Virus record (IMG/VR): IMGVR_UViG_3300028603_000017
Location: 32,001 to 96,000 of that record
From: a virus
Lineage: Duplodnaviria; Caudoviricetes
Length of the DNA stretch: 64,000 nt
Direction: 5' to 3' (one strand)
Made by a program: the position numbers and the translations under genes. Below, piece by piece: positions 57,328 through 64,000 of the stretch. Each line of letters starts with the position of its first letter. The first letter of the stretch is position 1. Under the pieces are notes generated by a model, which was given only the letters and a program-made list of their open reading frames with translations, searched no databases and was not told the DNA's origin.

Positions 57328-60300
57328 TTAGTCTATTTCATATCTGACAATAATGACGCCTGAGCCACCAGAACCACCAGTGCCCCAGTTATCATCGGTG
57401 GAGCCTGCAGCTCCACCACCGCCACCAGTATTAGGCGTACCAGCAGTACCATTAAAGGCTCCACCAGCACCACCGCCACCAGCACCACCGGCTCCACGGG
57501 TAGATCCAGCAATACCAGAACCACCGCCGCCACCAGCGTATCTGACTTCAGTGCCAGTAATTGAACTTATTCTACCAATACCACCATTGCCGGCAGTACC
57601 GTTAGTTGATCCATCTAGTAGAGATTGACCACCGGCTCCACCGGCTCCACCTCCACCGCCACCAGAGCTGGCCATACCAGGGTTACTACCACCAGCATTA
57701 CCTTGTCTGCTAACGCCTGATCCTCCTGGAGCAACAGATTGTGCGCCCTGATCGCTGCGCTGTCCACCAGCGCCACCACCAGATCCGCCGTTACCACCTG
57801 CCCCACCATTGTAATCTCCACCTCGACCACCACCATAAGCGACGATATCGAAGATAGAACTGTTACCACCGTTAGAAGAAGCTCTAGTGCCTTGAACACT
57901 ACCAAGTCCACCATTGCCTACAGTAGCAGGATAGGCTGTAGCTGTTGGTCTGAACTGACCTTCGAGCATACCACCAGCACCACCGCCACCTCCACGGCCT
58001 CCGCCACCACCACCACCTGCAATAATCAGGTAGTCGATCATTTGATCAGATGAGCCAGCGTTTGTAACCGTAAAGTTATCACTAACGTTGAAAGTATGTA
58101 CTTTATATTTCTTACCGCCTACGGTAATAGTAGTTTCACTACCACCAGCAGCTTGAATTCTTGTAGAGGATGTTACTTGGGTATAGATCTTGTAGCGAAT
58201 GATAACAATACCAGATCCACCAGCACCTGCAACAGTACCAGATCCACCAGTAGCACCACCGCCACCACCAGTATTGGGTGTACCTGGTGATCCAGAAATG
58301 CCAGATTCAGAGCCGCCATTACCGCCGCCACCTAAACCACCAGCACCACCAGATCCACCAGCGGCTCCTGCACCACCACCACCGCCAGCATAGTAAATAC
58401 TATCACCAGTAATGGCTGAGATGATACCAACACCGCCTGCCCCACCTTCTCTAGAGTCGCCCGGAACATTACCACCAGGACCACCCATACCACCGCCACC
58501 AGCTGAAGCTGTGCGTCCAGTAGAGCTAGCTCCTCTATTACCACCTCTTTGTCCATCAGTGCCTGGACCACCAGACCTGGCAGGTACGTTTGTTGTAGGC
58601 TTCGGATAAATACCGCCTGCACCACCACCGCATCCACCAGCTGCACCATCAGATAAGACAGCGCCTCCAGCGCCACCACCATAAGCTATATCAGAGATAT
58701 TAGAAATTTGAGAATTACCACCGGATTGTCCAGGCGCACCGCCTGATCCAACAGTAACTGCATAAGTACCTTGTGTAACGGTTGCAGAACCTACTTTAGC
58801 GCCTCCAGCGCCTCCGCCGCCACCTGTACCAGTAGCGCCGCCGCCACCACCTGCTACAACCAAGTATTCAATTTGATCTCTAGAGCAGCTTTTGGTAACT
58901 GTAAATGATCCAGAAGCTCTGAAAATATGTACGCGGTACTTTTGACCACTTATTGTAATTTCTTTGGTTTCACCACCTGTGGCTTCAATACAAGTTTGGT
59001 CAGTAGATTCTTCTACGCAATTGCGATAGCGTACAATGACAATACCTGAACCACCTTTAGCGCCAGGTCTTTCACCACCGTTACCACCACCACCGCCAGA
59101 ACCTGTATTGACTTTGCCTTCAGTAGGATAAGCGCCTTTATAGTTAGCACCATTGCCACCTACGCCAGAGCCACCAATACCTACGTTACCCGCAGGAGTA
59201 GCTACACCACCATAATTGGTATTGGTTGAAGATGCATTACAGCCCGCACCACCACCACCAGCACCATAATAGGCATTAGAGCCAGAGATATCAGATAGTT
59301 TACCGGCACCACCGTTACCGCCATGAATAGGTGCGGGTTGTCCGTTGCGTTGAGCGTCTTGGCCAGGGCCTCCAGCGCCACCACCGCCACCGCCTCCTCC
59401 GGTAACATACTTACTAGGAATAGCGACGTCTCCGCCTTTATTGCCTAAACCACTGGAGCTAACAGCGCCTGTTCTGGTTTGATTATGTCCAGGCTGGCCT
59501 GCACCACCACCAGAGCCGCCAGGCATGGCAGGAATATAGTTACCATTATAAGCACCACCTCGTCCACCACCTTGAGCAGTAATATTCATAAATGAAGAAT
59601 TACCACCATTACCAGGATGAACACCGCCGGCACCTACGACTACAGAGTATGATTGAGCAGATACAGTAGCTGTACCAATAATAACGTCACCACCTCCGCC
59701 GCCGCCGTTAGCGCCAGCACCGGTGCCTTGTGAGTTAGAACCTGGACAAGTGCCGCCAGGACCACCACCTGCTACAATTAGATAATCTATTACACCGCCT
59801 AGCGTACCTACATCAGTCACAGTAAATGTACCTGAGTCTCGGAACGTATGGATCTTATAGCAGTTAATAGTCGTAATCGTACCGCCTGTTGCTGAAATGG
59901 GTTTATTGCCTACTGGAGGTGTATAACCACATGTCGGTGAATTGGCTGTAATAATACGCTCATAATTACCACCAACACCATCAGCATAAATACCATAAAG
60001 GTCATAACCCTTACAATATCTAGACAGCTCAGTATCTCTAGGTGGATAAGTAATAGCTGCAATAAATCTGAACTCTCTAACATCAGACCATTCAGACAGC
60101 GTATCATCAGATCTTACCCAACGGCAGCGAACATAATAGTAAGTATTATTGATGAAGACATCAGGATCGTTGACCTTCCATTGCGTTAAAGTAAAGCCGG
60201 AGCCTTTACCTGCTGCTGTACTATCAACAATTGATCCACTCTCAAATAGATCATCTGTAGCTACTTCCCAAATAGTATCTGAGTGTGTAACGCTAGAACT

Positions 60301-62529
60301 TACGCTAGGTTCAGCATAAACCAATACAATGGAAGCACCTGTAGGACAATCATAAACAACATTGGTTGAAAAACTAGTGTTTAGAACAACACTATCTGTT
60401 CTAACTTGTGGAGATGTTTGGTTATCAGGAGAGCCAGGATAAACCAAAGTATTGCCCAGTATCGTAATAGATGCTGATGCACCTGCTGCCGTTGTGCCTG
60501 TATTTGGTGTAAACTCAGACACTACACGAATAGTAACAGTTTCACCACCTAAAACATACTTGTATTCAAATAGTCTATAGTTAGCATTAGAGCTAGCTGG
60601 TACAATAGACAATTCGTAGCTGCCAGCAATAGCTGCTGTAGGTACTGTGGTAACAGCATTGGCTATTGATAAAGATTGTCCTGTTACATTAGAATCTAAC
60701 CCAACAACAGAACCATCAGTATCTTCAATGAGTGCTGTTGTTCCAGTGGATGGGTTAGTAATCTTAGAGCTATAGTAGCGCTTAATTGCCCAGGTACCGC
60801 CAGCTGTATAGTCTTGATAAATAATCTCTAACTCAGTGCCGAAAGGACTATTGTAGCTAACCTCTGTCGTCTCAGTAGGAATAATAGCAATGTCATTCGA
60901 TTGCAAATTAGGCTGAGATTGAGTAGTAGAACCTGCATAGGTGCGAGTTGCGCCATTGATAGTAACTGTAACAGCATCACCAGGAATAATGTCAGTACCA
61001 GGTAATCTATTAAATTCTACTTCCAATATAGCGGTTAGTGAGGTAGAGTCTGCAAAAATTGCTGTAAAGCTACCATTATAAACTAGTCTAGAACCAGAAA
61101 AATTAACATCATCTAAGTTCAGTGTAACAGGTACAGGATCTGCTGTATAGTTAATCCCATTGGTATAGTTCTTTCTAACTACCAGTTCTGTCGTAACAGT
61201 AGGTTGCTGTCCATTCATCTGGAAACTACTGTCAAAAGAACTTACGATAGAAAATGACCAACTAGGTTGACCAGGAGCAGGGTTAGGACTAGGTACGTTA
61301 TTGAGTGTACCTAGACCATCAGGTCGGTAAATACCTGCTGAATTAGATTGTGTACCAGCAGCACCTCGTCCACGTATGGACATAATGGAGCCACCGGCAG
61401 GAATAATAAAGTTACCTACGCCAGAACCTGACACATTTTCTGTTACAGTAGTGTAAGGTGGCACAGAACTACCACCAATAGCACCACGACCTGTTACTCT
61501 AACACTATTAACGCCTTGCGGAATAGTGTGCGTGCCAGCACCCGTTAGACTAATGGTTCTGGTAATGGTACCAGGATCATCGTCAAAGAAAGTATTACAA
61601 GTGAAAAATTGTGTAGGAGTATAATCCCCACCTTCACCAGGTATTAGGATATTAGGCTTGATTGTATTGTTATCAATAGGCTCAGTATCTATACCACCGT
61701 ACAGACGCATAAATAGCAAGAACAAGTCAAAGGTTAAGATCTTATTGACAGGATCTTTATTAACGACTTCTTCTAATGATACATAGTTTAGATTTAACTC
61801 TAAACTATCGATATATGCATGTAAGCCAACAGGCGTAACATACAACTCAGGATTGGTACCCGCTATCGTCTCAGCAATCGTAGCAGGTGGATAGTTCATC
61901 ACCTTGCTCAAACCCACATGACTTTTATTGGTTTTATGTGGATTATTAAAATCACTGATGTGAGCTAATAGATCAGCATTGCTATCTCTATTTAAAATAG
62001 CGTCTTCGATACCTTCTAGTGCTTCTACTACCTCTGACATACCTACTAGATCGTCTAGTTGCCAGGCATGTTCAGCAGGAGGAAAGTGAGCAGGAGCACC
62101 ACTGACTTGTTCCCAGGTAGTCGTCCTAGGGTTGTAAATCAAGTCAATGAGTATTTGTGTTAAGGTATCTTGATCTAAAGTCCATTCACCACCTACGGTT
62201 TGGTACTTTAATCTAACATCACCTGTTAAGCCTATGTTATTAAAACAAATAGCACCATAAACAGGTAAAGCTGTTTGCCGAGATGCACCAACGAACTGAA
62301 AGCCGCAATAGTAATCAATATTCTCATCCATAGTAAGCCATGGAGACTCACTATTTTGACGATATTGAACAACCAGTGAACCAGCGTAAAATGGTGCAAA
62401 GTCGGGAATTACAGCGTAATAATCTCGAAAGTTAACTGAAGAAAGAGTTTGAATCTCATCTTCAATTAAGTTAGATAACAACTGACCCGTCGTATCTAAC
62501 GGATAAGTATTCGGTGCCGGTACTGGCAT
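57328..62529 (-). CDS. Tail fibre paralogue 4 (1733 aa) with FN3-like and three glycine-rich domains
   Basis: YPLDTTG..SNLIEDE anchor; three repeats of ATGG...Y..H.F..S..FTVT...YL.VAGGG...GGSG..I.RY. Confidence 0.85.
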   Translation of the reverse strand: MPVPAPNTYPLDTTGQLLSNLIEDEIQTLSSVNFRDYYAVIPDFAPFYAGSLVVQYRQNSESPWLTMDENIDYYCGFQFVGASRQTALPVYGAICFNNIGLTGDVRLKYQTVGGEWTLDQDTLTQILIDLIYNPRTTTWEQVSGAPAHFPPAEHAWQLDDLVGMSEVVEALEGIEDAILNRDSNADLLAHISDFNNPHKTNKSHVGLSKVMNYPPATIAETIAGTNPELYVTPVGLHAYIDSLELNLNYVSLEEVVNKDPVNKILTFDLFLLFMRLYGGIDTEPIDNNTIKPNILIPGEGGDYTPTQFFTCNTFFDDDPGTITRTISLTGAGTHTIPQGVNSVRVTGRGAIGGSSVPPYTTVTENVSGSGVGNFIIPAGGSIMSIRGRGAAGTQSNSAGIYRPDGLGTLNNVPSPNPAPGQPSWSFSIVSSFDSSFQMNGQQPTVTTELVVRKNYTNGINYTADPVPVTLNLDDVNFSGSRLVYNGSFTAIFADSTSLTAILEVEFNRLPGTDIIPGDAVTVTINGATRTYAGSTTQSQPNLQSNDIAIIPTETTEVSYNSPFGTELEIIYQDYTAGGTWAIKRYYSSKITNPSTGTTALIEDTDGSVVGLDSNVTGQSLSIANAVTTVPTAAIAGSYELSIVPASSNANYRLFEYKYVLGGETVTIRVVSEFTPNTGTTAAGASASITILGNTLVYPGSPDNQTSPQVRTDSVVLNTSFSTNVVYDCPTGASIVLVYAEPSVSSSVTHSDTIWEVATDDLFESGSIVDSTAAGKGSGFTLTQWKVNDPDVFINNTYYYVRCRWVRSDDTLSEWSDVREFRFIAAITYPPRDTELSRYCKGYDLYGIYADGVGGNYERIITANSPTCGYTPPVGNKPISATGGTITTINCYKIHTFRDSGTFTVTDVGTLGGVIDYLIVAGGGPGGTCPGSNSQGTGAGANGGGGGGDVIIGTATVSAQSYSVVVGAGGVHPGNGGNSSFMNITAQGGGRGGAYNGNYIPAMPGGSGGGAGQPGHNQTRTGAVSSSGLGNKGGDVAIPSKYVTGGGGGGGGAGGPGQDAQRNGQPAPIHGGNGGAGKLSDISGSNAYYGAGGGGAGCNASSTNTNYGGVATPAGNVGIGGSGVGGNGANYKGAYPTEGKVNTGSGGGGGNGGERPGAKGGSGIVIVRYRNCVEESTDQTCIEATGGETKEITISGQKYRVHIFRASGSFTVTKSCSRDQIEYLVVAGGGGGATGTGGGGGAGGAKVGSATVTQGTYAVTVGSGGAPGQSGGNSQISNISDIAYGGGAGGAVLSDGAAGGCGGGAGGIYPKPTTNVPARSGGPGTDGQRGGNRGASSTGRTASAGGGGMGGPGGNVPGDSREGGAGGVGIISAITGDSIYYAGGGGGAGAAGGSGGAGGLGGGGNGGSESGISGSPGTPNTGGGGGATGGSGTVAGAGGSGIVIIRYKIYTQVTSSTRIQAAGGSETTITVGGKKYKVHTFNVSDNFTVTNAGSSDQMIDYLIIAGGGGGGGRGGGGGAGGMLEGQFRPTATAYPATVGNGGLGSVQGTRASSNGGNSSIFDIVAYGGGRGGDYNGGAGGNGGSGGGAGGQRSDQGAQSVAPGGSGVSRQGNAGGSNPGMASSGGGGGGAGGAGGQSLLDGSTNGTAGNGGIGRISSITGTEVRYAGGGGGSGIAGSTRGAGGAGGGGAGGAFNGTAGTPNTGGGGGAAGSTDDNWGTGGSGGSGVIIVRYEID

Positions 62530-62689
62530 GCGTTAACTCCTTCAAACTAAATCAGTATGAGTCATGAGTTCATGATAATAGTAAAAATATTGGATGCACT
62601 AGCATTTCAATAATTCTTAATTTGCTGGCTATAATATTTGAAATGGTGGCTTAGCGTGTTCATATTAAATTTGCAAAAGGATAAATATC

Positions 62690-63934
62690 GTGTATACGGT
62701 CGTTAAGTCTTACGGTATTGCCAAAGGAGCTAATCAGCGCTGGCAAGAGCTCAATTTAGGCGCTATGCCAGTTAATGAAATATTTCAGCTCTATAGAAAA
62801 GTATATTTAGAATTAACAGCAGCTTTTTTAGAAGAAAATATCTATGTAGATCTGGAAGTGTTCAGACTATTATATATAAACTTTGAAGGAACTCTCTCAG
62901 ATTTACTGGATGAAAATGGTAATGAAACCATACCTACTATTGATGAGATCCCTAACCTAGAAGTTAAAAGAGCATATTTTGCTGACGCTATATATAGTGG
63001 TTATGAAGTTGAATTATCTAACCAATCTCCTGTCGGTGAGAAATCAGTCATAGATCTTAAAATCAGTAGATCTAGAACCGATATGACAGAAGTCTATGAA
63101 CACTGCTTATTTACTGTCAATGGTTTTTTCCATATGAGTGATAGAGATAATGAATTTGTCTATATCAACCATGGTGGTAACACCATGCTCAAAAGCAGAG
63201 ATAACCATTTGGGTATTTGGTCTTGGCTCAATGTCGGTAAAATTAATCAAGTAAAGATTACTGACGATATGCTATTTAAGCAAAATGATGAGTCTAGCTT
63301 TAGCGATAGAGTTTATATAAAGATAAATCAAGATACTGAAAACAAAACAGTATTATTATTTGCTGGTGGTTATTTAGTTAGACCTGAGCCAGAGATATTC
63401 TTTCCAGTAGGCAACGATACCTGGTGTATCAATATGGGTAGATTGCCTTTATTGCGCAGGTATTTTGAATCTAGACAATATATAGACTATAGCTTTTTAG
63501 AATTAGACAGCTCTACTGTCAATGATAGTCTAATTAGTTTAAATCAATTTTACAGTGATGAAAAACTAAGAAAATACTTAACCCTACCTCAATCGTTTAT
63601 TGCTATCATTGATCAACCTGATGTTTATTTTGAAGAACACTTTGTTAGATCTTCTCCTGCACCCGGTATGCTGGTGTCTTACTATGAACCTATATTTCCT
63701 ATCTTTGTAGGTGCAGGTCGATCTCCCAGTTATTGGAAAAGACATGAAAATGGTCAATGGTCTATTACAGTAGCAGATTCATTCAGACAAAATAGAATGT
63801 TTGAAACTGCTCAAATAGGCACTATTGATTACGCTAATGATTCCAATCAAACCATTCGTCCAGCATTTTTAAGTAAAGCTTATCTATTAGAAGCTGGTAT
63901 TGATTTTGAATTAGAAGAGCCACAAACTCCTTAA
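62690..63934 (+). CDS. Virion structural (tail/baseplate) protein
   Basis: CLFTVNGFFH, LFAGGYL and YLTLPQSF motifs, typical of the gene divergent from this fibre family in phiKZ-like phages. Confidence 0.65.
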   Translation: MYTVVKSYGIAKGANQRWQELNLGAMPVNEIFQLYRKVYLELTAAFLEENIYVDLEVFRLLYINFEGTLSDLLDENGNETIPTIDEIPNLEVKRAYFADAIYSGYEVELSNQSPVGEKSVIDLKISRSRTDMTEVYEHCLFTVNGFFHMSDRDNEFVYINHGGNTMLKSRDNHLGIWSWLNVGKINQVKITDDMLFKQNDESSFSDRVYIKINQDTENKTVLLFAGGYLVRPEPEIFFPVGNDTWCINMGRLPLLRRYFESRQYIDYSFLELDSSTVNDSLISLNQFYSDEKLRKYLTLPQSFIAIIDQPDVYFEEHFVRSSPAPGMLVSYYEPIFPIFVGAGRSPSYWKRHENGQWSITVADSFRQNRMFETAQIGTIDYANDSNQTIRPAFLSKAYLLEAGIDFELEEPQTP

Positions 63935-63937
63935 CGG

Positions 63938-63980
63938 CATACACTCCAGAGTCCTACTATAGGACTCTGGAGCTATGTCG
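63938..63980. terminator. CATA/TATG-family hairpin (copy 18)
   Basis: 42 bp identical to 328-369. Confidence 0.8.
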
Positions 63981-64000
63981 CTATTGTTTTAGCTACGGTT

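Noticed and set aside
55301-59408. Arg/Trp-, Leu/Arg- and Pro-rich ORFs over the fibre genes
   Set aside because: Alternate-frame readings of poly-Pro and poly-Gly codon runs.
48756-62529. Diversity-generating retroelement or invertase shufflon acting on the fibres
   Set aside because: No reverse transcriptase, no adenine-mismatched TR/VR pair, no recombinase and no inverted partial fibre cassettes were seen.
324-63980. Hairpin family as CRISPR repeats, tRNAs or true integron attC sites
   Set aside because: Copies are dispersed singly with no spacers or cas genes, do not form cloverleaves, lack consistent RYYYAAC/GTTRRRY boxes, and no integrase lies in the window.

Overview
AT-rich 64 kb segment of a phiKZ-like jumbo myophage (probably Chimalliviridae, nucleus-forming; chimallin itself is not in this window). 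Core blocks: the split family-B DNA polymerase exonuclease/motif-A subunit; a head/inner-body/baseplate/neck block syntenic with phiKZ gp82-gp101; DnaB helicase, major capsid protein and non-virion RNAP beta subunit (phiKZ gp118-gp123-like); tail spike; SbcC/Rad50-like ATPase; and four tandem tail-fibre paralogues. phiKZ gp numbers are recalled from motifs and gene order, not from searches. Accessory genes include tandem-domain ThyX, a HAD hydrolase, a Tad2/DUF2829-like domain, an H1-like protein and a LamG lectin. Three patterns stand out. (1) About 18 dispersed hairpins with conserved CATA...TATGYYG basal arms punctuate the genome and bracket accessory genes. (2) The internal head proteins appear polymorphic: shared protease-cleaved leaders carry different payloads, and orphan fragments lie beside them. 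(3) A C-rich island behind a putative early promoter encodes single-pass membrane microproteins, and its last gene has nested in-frame starts. No tRNA, rRNA, CRISPR array, transposase or integrase was seen.
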